Shown here piece by piece: positions 47,825 to 60,750 of a DNA stretch of 64,000 bases. How positions within the stretch are numbered: position 1 is the stretch's first letter; every line of letters starts with the position of its first letter. The position numbers and the translations under genes were made by a program. The notes below the pieces were generated by a model. That model was not told the origin of the DNA. It was given only the letters and a program-made list of their open reading frames with translations, and searched no databases. Source of the stretch: Botryllus schlosseri (Eukaryota); the NCBI GenBank assembly GCA_051294905.1, contig CM119378.1, forward strand, positions 558,001-622,000, read 5' to 3'.

Positions 47825-49186
47825 ATGGATATGGAGACAAGTTCCTCCGCAAAGAGGAAGTCTTCAAGTACCTTCACTTCTTCTGAGGAAGAATGCGGGG
47901 ATGGGGAGTGGTGCGAAGTAAGAAGCAAAATACCTGCCAAGAAATTTGCACTGATGGATAATGCAGTTGGGAAGGAACGGGAATCTAATAGCCAAAAAAC
48001 AGCAAATCAGCAACTTGACGTGCTACTATCGGGGTCTGATGGAACACGCATGGGACACCAACATCCTACAAAGGTATGTGAGGCACTTAAGATGAACATT
48101 GGCAATTTTGAAAAAATACGTAGATTGCCTTCTGGAGATCTAGTTGTAACTTGTAAGACCAAAGAACAGGTTGATAAACTTCTCACTATAGACCAAATAG
48201 GAAAGGACTCCAACTTGATCGAAGTCAAAACCTCATTATTTGGTGCCAAACCTTATGGAGCACGAGCAGTGATATCCGGTGTTCCGCTGGATATAACAGA
48301 AGAAGAGATATTGAAAGAGTTCTTTGAAATTGGCGTCAATTTCGTTAAACGGTTAAAGCGCAAAGTAGATGGAAAATATGAGAGCAGCCTATCGATTTTG
48401 TTATGTTTCGCGTCTGAGACAATTCCTGACTACGTGCATTTTTCATACCTACGGTTCCGTACAAAACCTTATAACCCGCCACCGGTCAGATGTTTTGGAT
48501 GCAATAAATATGGCCACACAAAAGAGAATTGTCGTGGGAAATATTGCTGTTCAAAATGTGGGGGTCGTGATCACGAGGTGGAGAAGTGTACCAAAGATTT
48601 ATGCTGCATTAATTGTAAACAACCGCACAGTGCTGCTTATGCCGGGTGCCCAGTATACAAAGAACAGGCAAAATTACAAATCATAAAAGAACGTTCCAAG
48701 GTGACTCACTCCGAAGCTAAATCAATACTAAATTCCGAAACACCCGAAACACAAGATACGCGTCTTTACAGCGAAGTGGCGCAGGATAGCGCAACGCGTG
48801 TCAACAATCAGCAACGATCAACAATCAACAACCCAAGTCGCCGAGCCACCATCAGGATGATTCCGCGACAAACAACCTCTAATCACATGAACAAAGACAA
48901 TAAAAGCAACGATCCAAACAATCATCCTGATTTGCAACCAAATAATCAATCTTCGTTAGCGTATATTGATCCGATCCATCTTATTGCTTTACTGGCTGAA
49001 ATAGTGAAGCTTACATTGGCGGCCTGCAACTCGGACAAGGAGTGCGACGTATACAATATAGTATCCAAAGTTTCTTTGAAATATCTCGGTCGACAGGCAG
49101 ATGTTGTCACGATGAGAAACATTTTCGAGCCCTTCCATGATATCAATGACACCAATCCGATGACAAATCCCATAAACGATGGATAA
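47825..49186 (+). CDS. LINE ORF1 gag-like nucleic-acid-binding protein, 453 aa
   Basis: Three zinc knuckles CFGCNKYGHTKENC, CSKCGGRDHEVEKC, CINCKQPHSAAYAGC. Confidence 0.92.
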   Translation: MDMETSSSAKRKSSSTFTSSEEECGDGEWCEVRSKIPAKKFALMDNAVGKERESNSQKTANQQLDVLLSGSDGTRMGHQHPTKVCEALKMNIGNFEKIRRLPSGDLVVTCKTKEQVDKLLTIDQIGKDSNLIEVKTSLFGAKPYGARAVISGVPLDITEEEILKEFFEIGVNFVKRLKRKVDGKYESSLSILLCFASETIPDYVHFSYLRFRTKPYNPPPVRCFGCNKYGHTKENCRGKYCCSKCGGRDHEVEKCTKDLCCINCKQPHSAAYAGCPVYKEQAKLQIIKERSKVTHSEAKSILNSETPETQDTRLYSEVAQDSATRVNNQQRSTINNPSRRATIRMIPRQTTSNHMNKDNKSNDPNNHPDLQPNNQSSLAYIDPIHLIALLAEIVKLTLAACNSDKECDVYNIVSKVSLKYLGRQADVVTMRNIFEPFHDINDTNPMTNPINDG

Positions 49187-52100
49187 TATAGGACTAAACT
49201 TTTTACAGTGGAATTGTAGAGGATTATATAGGAAACATCACGAACTAAAACACTTTCTCACGACTCTGGAACGTGCTCCAGATGCGATAATTCTCCAGGA
49301 AACACACCTTATCGAAAAATACTCTCCGAAATTTCCAGGATATCACTGTCACAGAAAGGACAAATCCCTTCATTCTGGTGGATTGGCGATCTTCATTAAA
49401 TCTTCGCATAACTCCAGCATCGAAGCAGTTGCTACAACCGACATCGAGGTACTTTGTGTGAAGCTTCACGGCCTATCATTGTACAATGTGTACATCCCAC
49501 CCGACTGCCGCTTACGCGACAGTGATGCGAACATTTTCGAGACGTTACCACCAAAATCCATCGTCTTTGGCGACTTCAATGCGCATCATTGGTCGTGGAG
49601 TCACCAAACGAACCAACGAGGGACTAAACTTTTTAATGTCCTCGATCACGCAAACTTAGTCATGTTAAACTCTTCAACTCCAACACATATCAATCTCGCG
49701 AGCAATGCTGTTAATCGTTGGTCATTGCTAGATTTAACACTCGCTACTCAAGATATAGCCGCGAGATGCCAAACTGAAATATCTTCGTCGCTGCTAGGAA
49801 GTGATCATTTCGTAGTATTCACGAAGTATATGACAAACTCGGCGATAACTTCCTTTTATCGACCACCATCGTGGTCTCTCAAGAAAGCCAATTGGAAGAA
49901 GTTCTCCCGAATTGCAGATGAAATGATCGATTTGTCCGATCAACGAGATATTGAGTCTGCAAATACTATTCTAACAAAAGGCATAACGACAGCAGCGAAT
50001 CGATCAATACCAAAGACAAGGAATATGGACAAGAAATCTGTCCCTTGGTGGAGTCCCGAATGTGAGAGAATGATTCGTAGGAAAAGAGCAGCATATTTAA
50101 GAATGAAGCGCACCTTTGATATAACAGACGTTATAAACTTCAAAAAGGCCAGGTCCGCATGCAGAAGAACTATACTCGAAGCAAAACGCTTTTGCTGGGA
50201 GTCTTTCTGTTCCTCGCTGAATAATAAATCACGTTTAAATCAAGTATGGCGGGTTATTCGTAGCATCGCTGGTACAACAGCGCATCAGCAAATTCCTCAT
50301 ATCCGAGTAAATGAAGTTGATCACATCGAAGACACGTCAAAAGCAGAAATAATAGGCGAGCACTTCGCTACCATAAGCAGATCCGATAACTACGCTTCGA
50401 ATTTCCTCCTTTCCAAGAGTCAACGTGACCAACATATTACATCGTGTCTACCTTTCAATGTGAATCTGGAAGATCCAATGAATGCGCCGTTTCAGATGTC
50501 GGAACTTAGGGAGGCGCTACAGAGTCGGAAAATCTCTTCTCCTGGACGGGATTCGATAAATTATCAAATGCTGCAAAATCTTTCGACGTCCGCCCAGACC
50601 GAGCTTCTTAAGCTATATAACATTTCATGGAGAGATGGAAAATTACCTAAATCCTGGAAACATGCTGTAGTAGTTCCTATCCTAAAACCACGAAAGGATC
50701 CTTCTGAAGCGGGATCATATCGACCCATCTCATTGTCCAGCCATCTTTGTAAGGTTATGGAAGTGATGATAGTAAATAGACTTCAGTGGTTTCTTGAGGC
50801 GAACGATCTTCTTCATTACTCCCAGTCGGGTTTTCGTCACGATCGCAGTACCCTAGACCATATACTTCGCCTACACGACACCATATATAAGGCACTGAAC
50901 AATCAGAGATCAGTAGTTGCAGTTTTTCTCGACATCGAGAAAGCCTACGATATGGTATGGCGAAATGGTTTGCTCTATAAACTGTCTGCCCTCGGCATAC
51001 ATGGGAGGTTGCTGAAATGGATATCAGATTTTCTACGTGACAGATCGTTCTCGGTTCGCATTGGTTCTTCGCTATCCACCCCATTTCAACTTGAAAATGG
51101 TCTTCCGCAAGGAAGCTCTATAAGCCCCATCCTCTTTGCAGTAATGATAAATGATTTGGCACCCTTATTGCAGGTGGGAAATGGTCTCTTTGCTGACGAC
51201 TGTGCAGTATGGGACAGTGAGTTGTCGTTAACTGACGCAGTGGCGGAAGTTCAAAAATCATTAGACGTGATACACAAATGGTGCTCAGATTGGGGTTTCA
51301 AGATCTCTACTGACAAGTCAATTGCAGTGATATTCACCAGAAAAATTAAAGTTGGTCATCATACGCTAGATTTTGGTGGAGTTCCGTTGAGATTTGAAGA
51401 TAAAGCGAAGTATTTGGGAGTCACATTTGATAGAAGACTAACATACAAATATCACATTGAAAATATTGCCTCGAAATGCACAAAGCGATTGAATATGATA
51501 CGACTCCTAACCGGCACTTATTGGGGGGCAAGTCGATCTTCTCTGTTACAGTTGTATCGAGCGATGATTAGGAGTACAATCGATTACGCGATGCCAGCAT
51601 ACTTTTTTTGCCGCGAAAAAACATTTGGATAGACTGAATATAATACATAATCAAGCTCTGAGGCTCTGCTGCGGTGCAATGCGAAGCACTCCGATTTGCG
51701 CTTTAGAAGCCGAATGTAACGAGATGCCGCTTCACACCCGGCATTTACACCTCTGCCTTAATTATCGCTGTTTTCTTCTGGCCCATTCCGCCGACAACAA
51801 TCCAGCATCGGAACTATTAGATGATACCTGGCACGAAATATACAGTTTGACAAATCCAAAATTTCGAACTTTCAACCTTATCTCAAAAATCGACTTGCTC
51901 CAACAATTCACAATAGATACGTATCGACACACAACTGTGCAACCATGGAAAATTCCTGTTCCCTGCGTAGATTTTCATCTACTGCATTCGAAGTGGTCCG
52001 ATACTTCATTTGAACAGTTACGTCAGAATTCCTTGTCATATATAACAGAAAAATACATTGGATACGACCATATTTATACGGATGGCTCAAAAAACGACTT

Positions 52101-54554
52101 TGGAACGGGATGTGCAGTGTATATCCCAAACCACGTGTCGATAACCAAACGATGTTCCTTGTATTCGTCAAGCTTCACAGCTGAACTAACTGCTATCTCC
52201 GAGGCACTGAAGTGGATTTTAGAAAACGGTTCGTATGTCAAGAAATATTTACTACTGTCGGACAGTTGCAGTGCATTGCAGCATCTACAAAAAGCGCGTT
52301 TCCGAAGGATGAGTAAGGTATCAAATGAAATTTCAACTAATCTACTTGAGCTTAACCCAGGTAGCACGCCTACTTGGGAACCACAAGGTATCAAGGTGAG
52401 ATGAATTGTGGTAACCAGCTGGTGAAACCAATCGGGAACCATACATTTTTGGCCCCATATTACAGAGGTATTTTCTGGGGAACCATGTGGGTAACCCACC
52501 AAGCTGATAGCGTAGACAATATTACGACCCGGTCCTTGTGGCAGTAGCAGTGACAGTGTAAGTGGGCCGAGAATTCGATGTAGATATGTGCTAAGGCGAT
52601 ATTAGGTAAATCCCACACGTTAGTTAACGTTAACATCGTATACTGTACAGTACATACCTGCTACCAACACCAACTCACACCAAACAATATATACGGTAAG
52701 CTGAGTATATAATAACCTTTACGGTGGGTGAGTGAGGCCATCATCACTGTTTAAGTGTAATCGTTGAGTTATATTTTCAACTGAACAAGACACACACAAT
52801 GTATAATGCGATAAGATACAAAGCGATGTCATGAACAGATAGGAGGATGCCGACCGACGCGCAGTTGCCGTCTTTTAGACTGACATCTACCTCGGCTTAA
52901 TGACATCTACCTCGGCTTAGAGTGCCTGCCGTCACAGTTACTCTCGATGTTGATCATTTTCGAGGCCACGGCCCTTGCTAGCGATTTCCATAACTTGTGA
53001 GTGCATTCTGTCGTCGAGTCATTCTCGGGTCTCATGTCGCAAGAAGAGGAGCCCGGACAAACCTCCAACGAGAGTCGAACCGAGGCCGCCCGATTCTTAG
53101 GCGCTTATCGTCACCAGTACCCGAATTCAATTCATATGGTGGTGGAATTCAATTGGGAAGTGTCCCAGCGACCAGCATCGCAAATGAATAAATCGGAAAC
53201 CGATTATAATATGACTTTACTATATAGATGAACAAACCTTGCTGTAGGAAAATTTAAAAGAAGCATATATTTCGGAAAACTACTCGGTCACATGTGGGAG
53301 CCGTATGAAAAGTCGACCATTCTTCATTGACGAAAATAACAAGTTCCAATTATTTGATCACAGAAATTTTACGAGTAAAATTAATCCTGAGTTAAAAATA
53401 ATAGATACAGATAAGGGATAAAGGTAATGGGATCTACGCAAGAAAATTATACCGCACGCCGTGAGGAATTGAGTACTCTACCAACGGGAATTTAAGTTCA
53501 CTTCAGTGTGACAAACGGTCAATTTTAAATAGTTCAAATCACATTGACGAAGTAAAGCATGGTAGGGGGTTTAATTTCGAGGTTCGAGCAACCAACAGGG
53601 ATAGCATTATAGCTAGAAAACTTTACTACATATGGAACCACCTTTATAATTCGATGAAATAAACCAAATATCATTGATGGAAAATAAGGTTGGTTCCTGT
53701 GTGGGTGATATATGGGAAATCTGAGCTCCTCCATAAGTGGATTTCTCATGTTTCAAGATGATTTGATATCAAAAACTCAACAAGTAAAACTCCCCCGAGT
53801 TCAAATTGATAGGTACAATTAGAAGAGACTTATTGCAATCTACCTGGGATTGGTATGGTATAACCACGCATCTTTATGGATGGAAATCCCGCTTGGTTTC
53901 GATGTGGGTTACATGTTACTAACCCATTCCGATCATCCATCCCACCTAACCACTTAAATTCCACCTGGATACCAAGTGGGCGTGCTAGCTGGGAAATTCC
54001 AGAAAATACATATTATCTTCGTTTGGATACCAGCACACGTCGATATTAAAGGCAACGAGACGGCAGACCAATTGGCAAAGTCCGCAGCAACGTCATCTGA
54101 AGGGCGGAATCCTACAAATACAGTTTTGACAAGGCAAGAAGCTAAGCAAGTCATACTGAAACATTGCAAGCAAATTTGGAACCAACATTACCTCGAAGAA
54201 GATAAAGGCTCTCATTTCAAACTTTTTCGTGAATCCCTTCATCATAGTACACCAAGTCTTGAAAATCGCATTTGCGACCGAATATTATTTCGATTGCGCT
54301 CAGGTCATTGCGGACTGAACGCACACTTGTTTAAGATTGGAATCGCACCATCGCCACATTGTAGCTCCTGCAATGAGCCTGAGACGGTTGAGCACTTTAT
54401 AATAGACTGCCCCTCGCATGAATTTCATAGAACGTTCCTGCGCCGTGCTTGTGTTTGTATGAATATTCCATTTCGCCTCGTGAACTTACTAACGAATCCA
54501 AGCATTTTAAAATACGTGGTAGAATATGTGCTGAGTTGTGATCGATATATTTAA
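49179..54554 (+). pseudogene. LINE ORF2 (APE endonuclease-RT-RNase H-CCHC), broken by a +1 frameshift at the T7 run 51603-51609 and an insertion at 52356-53993
   Basis: EN: LQWNCRGL, LQETHL, GDFNAHH, GSDHF. RT: FLDIEKAYD, LPQGS, FADD. RNase H: IYTDGS, TAELTAI, WIPAHVDIKGNETADQLAK. C-terminal CSSC..ETVEHFIIDC. Confidence 0.93.
52356..53993. mobile_element. Non-autonomous CMC/EnSpm-type DNA transposon inserted in the LINE RNase H domain
   Basis: TIR CCCAG(G/C)TAGCACGCC(T/C)ACTTGG; 2-bp TSD AA; removal restores the frame LLELK|FQKIHIIFVWIPAH. Confidence 0.85.
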
Positions 54555-56384
54555 ATTGCTGCTAAATTAAAATTTAGTAATGTCGTGGCGCACAAGACCT
54601 GACGGTGATAGGCGCCACTCTTTTTCTTCTTCCAACAATAAATACATACATACATACTCGAACAGCACGTTCAAGAAAATATCATGGTATGGCGCCCTCC
54701 CCATATTGTGAGGCCCGTAGTTTAGTAGAAGAATAATACGGAGAAGTTGTATAGGATACAGTGTAACACTTTGCGCGATTAGTAAACGTTCATAAAAAAG
54801 ATGGTTGATCGTAAAAAGGCCATATTGTGTGGCTACACTTACCTTTATACTTCAACATGTATGTTATCCAGACAAAAGAACTGATATTAATAAGAACTCA
54901 AAGTATATGATACTGGGAATTGAAAGTGAAATATATACTACTTCTAAAAGAGGAAAATGGATTTCATATCTTTAGTCCAGAAAGTTTCAAAGGTGGTATG
55001 CTAAAACAGCTCTAAAACTAAAAAAAAGTCAACTTACGATATGATAAGTAAATGCTAGATTGCGAAACATCAGTTTCAAACGTAATAATGAGCCTTATAT
55101 ACAGCGATGAAATATTTCATATGGGCGAGTGCGACAATGCGGTGTGAACGGAACCACGCCAACCCGTTACCTAAATTACATTCACCAATACTTTCGTGTA
55201 ATCATACTGGTTACTCCGTATCCACTGTGCGCGAAGCACGACGAAAATTCTGGGCTTTACCCAGCTTTAATGAAAATTAAATGTTGATACTCAGTGAAAA
55301 CAGCCCCGAAATTCCTTAGGCTATCTTCCTGATCGGAGGATTAAACTACTTCTACTTGACAAACTAAAAATTGCGAAAAGTAAGTAAGTAGATCACAAAA
55401 TAGTACGAAGTAGAAGTAGCGAAAATCAGACCTACTTGAGTAACTACCAGAAGTAGAGGGAAACTACTTGAGTACTTCGAAAAAGTAGAAGTACTTCGTT
55501 ACAGACCACCTCTGAATAGCACACACACACATGAAACACGGCCTGCACTACGAACGACACAGCTTCGACGCTGGTTTGGCAATCGCGGTTGTCAAAATCA
55601 CGTCTCCGTTCCAAGTGACCAGTTCCTCAAAATAATCGCCAAAACACTTGCCGTTCGTAGTGGTCGTGAAAACAGGCCTTGCGTTCGTAGTTAGGTGTTT
55701 TCAGCATGAGACTCGAAAACTTTTGGCACGAAACCGCACCTAGAAGCCTACGTTTGGGCGATTCTATATTTTTTGATACTGGAAGTCACGAAATAACATC
55801 ATGTAACGAAGTCATATCAACGGGTCCGCCCGCCCGAAGATGTTTAATTATTATTTACGGGCCCTCCCGTTTTCAAGACACTTGACTCAGCTCTACCAGT
55901 AAATCTAATTACGTGAGTAGAGAGGACAATAAATTGATAGCATAGGCTAATACGTGATGGAGGGGTCGTTTCATCACCCTATGGGAGCCCAAGACCCACG
56001 TTTTTGGGGGCCTGACGAGGTGCTGTTTCGTTCCTGCCAACGGGTATACGCCCGAATATGTTTAATTATTATTGAGTGGTCATACCTTTTCAAACACATC
56101 TCACTCAGCTCTACCGGCAAATCTGATTACGTGAGCAGAGAGAAGATGAAAATTGATAACAATATATATGCAATTCCCGATCATACTGACCGATTGAGTC
56201 ATGAATTCTAGAGACTTCCCGCGCTTAGGGCGCTTAGGCGACAAAAGTTCGGTCTATAACCCCCAGAAGTTCGGTCTATAACCCTATGGGGGGCCCAAGA
56301 CCAAAGTTTTTTTTTTTTTTTGGGGGGGGGGGATGACGAAGTGCTGTTACGGCCCCGCCTAGGGATCGACTGAATCAGCCGGTT

Positions 56385-59300
56385 CATCATCATCATCATT
56401 GGTTTATTAGCAATTTTATCAGTTCAATACACCACAAAAATGCGATACAATGAAAAGACAGGAAGATGTCGAAGCGACAAGGAGTAGTCTATGGAATCTG
56501 ACACCCACCTTGGCCTAGGCGATGTAAAGAGGGAGCATGCACACTGAATGAAAGTAAAGAAGATTGTATAGAAAAAGAATGCGACAAGAAATAGGGCGGC
56601 ATGTCATGGGAAGCGAGATCGATAGGTCAGTCGTGGTCCGGTAATCTTGAGGATGGACTGTATTTATTTAGTACTAATTGCTTGTATTTCGACTTGAATG
56701 TGGACATGCTCGTCGACTGTCGGATGGCCGGCGGGATGCTGTTCCACACATCAGGTCCGGCATATTTGATGAAGCGATGATCTTTTCGGTCGATCATATG
56801 ATATTTGGACGACGTGGACGCGCGTGTGTTGTACTTGTGCGCTTTTGATTCAGAGGTAAAGAAGTTATTGAAATATTCGGGGCAACGACCGCAGTGAAAC
56901 TGATACATAAACTTGGCGATTTCTAGTTTCCGCATATATTCTATGTTTAGGACGCCGAATCTCTTCAGCAGCGACTTATTGGATGGGTAGCCAGGCCCCT
57001 TTGGCGCCCTAGCTATGATTCGGAGTACTTTATGCTGTAGTTTCTGCAGTGGCTTGAGTGCAGTTTTACTGGCAGCCCCCCCAACAGAGGATGCCATAAT
57101 GTAACTTCGATTGGATTAAGGATTTAAAGAGTATCAGAAGAACCCATGCTGGCATGAAGCGCCCAAGGCTGTAGAACAGGCCGCATTTCGGTGATAATTT
57201 AGTTTCTAGGGACTGAATATGACTCTTCCAGGACATGTTCGAGTCCAGTAAAACTCCGAGATATTTGGCATTATCTGTGTTGGAAACGGGCTGACCAGCG
57301 ATATTAACGGTTAGGTTATTTTTTGAATTTACTGTCAGCAATTGTGATTTCGAGGCGTTTATGCAAAGGTTGTTCTGGGCCGTCCACTCATGGACTTTGG
57401 GCATTTGATCACGAGTCAGGGCATCCAGCTCTGCCGTCGAAGATGCGGAAGAGAGGAGGTGAGTATCATCAGCGAACAGTGTGGTGTTCAATGAGGAGGT
57501 TTCAAAAATGTCGTTGACATATAAGGTGAAAAGGACCGGTCCAAGTAGCTGGGCACACCACAGGTCACCGGGTGAGGAGAGGACAAGGTGTCTGAGATCG
57601 CAACCATTTGTTGGCGTCCAGTGAGGTAACTTTTCATGAGCTCAAGTTGTGGGCCCCGAAGTCCGTAACGCGCCAATTTCGAGATGAGAATTTTATGATC
57701 TACCTATACGCAGTCAAACGCTTTTTTTAGGTCGAGAAAAATGCTACATCCCACATTTCGCTTCTCTGAGATATCATAGTACTGTTCGGCCACTGTTAGG
57801 AGGGCATGAGCGGTTTGGTGTTTGTTTCGGAAGCCAAATTGTTGAGGGGAAATGACAGACATTTTGGCGAGGAATGAGGACAGGCGGGAGAGGAGCAACT
57901 TTTCGAATACAATCCCGATGCATGGGAGAACGGATATCGGACGGTAGTTGGTGACATTAATTCTATCCCCAGCTTTGTGTACAGGGACTACTCTGGCTTT
58001 TTTTAGATAGCTTGGGTAGACTCCATTTTCAATCATGAAGTTGAAAAATGGGCCATATATTGACCGATATGCAGGCTTATCATTTTTAAAAACCATGATG
58101 GGATTTGGTCATAGCCGTCGGCCTTGTGCGATTTCAGTTTGTGGATGGCTACTTCTACTTCGTATTTGGTCGTGGGTTCAAGCACAATTGACTGGGATAT
58201 CGATCTCACCTCTGACCTGGCCGACACAGGTTTTGTAATAGAAGAAGCAATATTTGGGCCTACGTTACAAAAATATTCATTGGAGTGATTCGCGATGGCC
58301 GCCGGGTCTGAAAGTTTGTTTCCGGTATCCGAATTCACAATTTCCGAAACATACTTATGGCCTTTTTTTCGATGTAGGAGAGAGTTAAGTCCTGACCATA
58401 TTTTTCGAGTGTCCTTTATGTGTCTGTTGAAAAATCTCTCATTGTACTTTGCTTTTGCCTTGGAAATGAGATGCACGGTGCGATTCCTGAAACGTCGAAA
58501 TCTTTCTCGTTCATGTTCTGGGCAGTTTCTGGTGTCTATTCGGTTATGCCACTGGTTACGTTTACGGATAAGTTGAATCAGCTTTGTGGTCATCCACGGA
58601 TTTCGCTTCAATTTTCTTTGACTTCTCGAAAGGCGCTGTAGAGGTGCAAATTGTTCCAGCAGTGATTTGATAGCAGACATAAACTCTACAAATTTTTCGT
58701 CAAAGTTGTTTACCGAGATGTGGGGGATGGCTGATGTTTTAAATTGATTGAATGCGGCATCATCGAGCGCTTCTTCGTCCACTAACTCTCGTCGTCTGCA
58801 GAGGTGATATGTTTCGGGGGGTGTCCTTTGTTGTTCTTGTGATAGAAAACCAATATGGTTGTGGTCACTGATTTTTGCCGAAATGACAAATGGAATGATT
58901 TCCATGTCGCGCGAGTTGGTATATATGTGGTCGATCAAAGTCCTTGACTTTTCGGTTATGCGTGTAGGCTCGGTGATCATTTGGTAGAGACCGGCGGATT
59001 TGACGGCGTTGGAGTATGCGTTGCCTTTGTGTTTTAGAAGGTTTATGTTAATGTCTCCCGCAATGAAACACATCTTTTTATCGCTGTTGACTTTGTCCAG
59101 TGAGCGCTCCAACGCTTTTGCGAATTGGTTCATGTTTTTCGTGGGATGACGGTATAATACGGCCACAAGAAAAGATTTGTGAATTCCAATTGGGTGATCA
59201 ACTTCCAGCCATAGCTCTTCGCAATCTTTGACATTCAGATCGTAGTCCGTGCAAATTTCGTAAGGAATTTTTTCTTCAATGTAAAGACCAACACCTCCGT

Positions 59301-59451
59301 AAGATTTCTTTGACTTCGGTGCCGGAGTATACTCGAAGTTGTAGCCCGATATATCAACGTTTTGCGTGGGTTTGGTTGAAAAGTTTATTTCTGAAATTGC
59401 TACGAGGGTAGGTGACTTCAGGTCAACAATAAGGTCTTTTAACTCATCATG
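56385..59451 (-). mobile_element. 5'-truncated CR1/L2-group (Crack/Daphne-like) LINE; ORF2 EN+RT with several frameshifts
   Basis: VAISE, GGVGLYI, AGDININLL, LIDHIYTN, ISDH, NYRPISVLP, FLDLKKAFDCV, LFADDT, HKYNTR, YAGPDVWNSIP; 3' UTR with AATAAA and (ATG)n tail. Confidence 0.92.
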
Positions 59452-60445
59452 GTGGGTTATGCTTGGCAGTTATACTCACAGCAAATTGAATTCACTTATA
59501 AGTGTTGTCAAAGTCCTTAAACATGCTGCAGAAAAGAGGTGTAAGGTAAGCACAGACTATGCTGGATATGATATCCGAACTATGCTGGATAGTATGCAGC
59601 ATAGTCTGTGCTTTTCTTTACACCTCTTTTCTGCGGGATCAAAGGACTTTGACATACCATATCCAGCATAGCCTGTGCGAGTGTGCGTACATTAACACCT
59701 CTTTCCTGCGTTATCATTAAGGACTCTAACAACGCCTACAAGTCAATGCAATTTTCTGTAAGCATCTGATAAGTGCCAAGCAAAACCCGCTGATTCAGCC
59801 GATCCCTAGAGCAATCAAAACGCCACGTATATAGTACAGCTTCATCCCAATAACATCACACAAAGTATAGCGCCATTGCTAAGCTTTATATTTGTATTCA
59901 CCGATGATGAATCCCTTCTGAAATGCTGAATTCGCTCAACACTTGCACAAGCGCCCTAGCTTGCTATCCCTCGATGAAAACACGACATGTAGGCTACAGC
60001 CGTTTCGTTCACAATAAAGCGGTCATGCTGTAAAAGTTTTTGTGAAGCAGCTGTTGTTTGTTCATCTTGTATTGCGTACCTCAACATGTCCTGAATTGAT
60101 CTTAAATCATCACCTGCCAACCTACCAACAATGCGCATTCAGAATCCCCGCCGGTAGCAGACTCCTTGAACACTTTATCAGCAGGCTGCTCCTGTCGTGA
60201 TCATTGAGACATAGCCGATTAGCCAATCAAGAGCCGTGGGTATTTGATTACTAGTCTTCTCGCCGTTCTATGGTCGGTGGCACGCCTATTATTGAGTATC
60301 TACTTTCAAACGCTTTGCCCGAAATCTTAACGGCTTTCCTGTAAGCTTCTTTCAGGCTCATTTTTTTTAATCAATAATCTACAGAATGAGACACAATCAC
60401 GGGGTATTTTTGAGATTTTCCAAATTTTGGACAACCCTGCCCCCT

Positions 60446-60750
60446 AGACATGCTCGTCAACTGTCGTATGGCCGGTGGGATACTGTTCCACACATCAGGT
60501 CCGGCATATTTGATGGAGCGATGATCTTTTCGGTAGATCATATGATATTTGGACGACGTGGACGCGCGTGTGTTGTACTTGTGCGCTGTTGATTCCGAGG
60601 TAAAGAAGTCATTGAAATATTCGGAGCAACGACCGCAGTGGAACTGATATACTACATAAACTTGGCGATTTCCAGTTTCCGCATATCTTCTATGTTTCGG
60701 ACGCCGAATGTCTTCAGCAGCGACTTGTTGGATGGGCAGCCAGGCCCATC
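60446..60750 (-). mobile_element. Continuation of the split CR1/L2-group LINE copy
   Basis: Resumes at (GA)CATGCTCGTC.., homologous to 56703-56997. Confidence 0.85.

Larger units (their letters stand above)
47705..54654 (+). mobile_element. Full-length I-group (I/Nimb/Ingi-like) non-LTR retrotransposon with RNase H, interrupted by a DNA transposon
   Basis: 13-bp TSD TACTCGAACAGCA (47692-47704 / 54655-54667); 3' AATAAA + (TACA)n tail; ORF1 and ORF2 overlap at ATGGATAA. Confidence 0.95.
47339..55514. mobile_element. Non-autonomous hAT-type element (host of the LINE)
   Basis: TIR CAGAGGTGGTC; 8-bp TSD AATAGCAC; AAGTA-rich subterminal repeats; uninterrupted sister copy at 4167-5228. Confidence 0.88.
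45232..55745. mobile_element. Degenerate PIF/Harbinger transposon
   Basis: Left end tta|GGGTGCGTTCTAGGTG, right end CACCTAGAA (truncated); CGTTCGTAGT subterminal repeats; transposase remnant on the minus strand. Confidence 0.7.
44735..56357. mobile_element. Non-autonomous hAT-type element (CAGGGCCGTAAC-like ends), host of the Harbinger
   Basis: 8-bp TSD CCTAGGGA (44727-44734 / 56358-56365); related uninterrupted copy ~62220-63192 on the opposite strand. Confidence 0.8.
44286..60439. mobile_element. Foldback (long inverted-arm) element splitting an older LINE copy
   Basis: Left arm 44300-44734 + 56366-56384 + 59452-59570 is the reverse complement of ~59655-60250; ends ..TTGTCCAAAA / TTTTGGACAACCCTG. 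Confidence 0.65.

Noticed and set aside
51595..51635. Programmed ribosomal frameshift in LINE ORF2
   Set aside because: A single extra T in a homopolymer, in a region that is continuous in I-group ORF2, is better explained by mutation or assembly error.
55995..56030. CTGACGA as another hammerhead core (also 62300-62330)
   Set aside because: No downstream GAAA, stem III or cleavage triplet in register.
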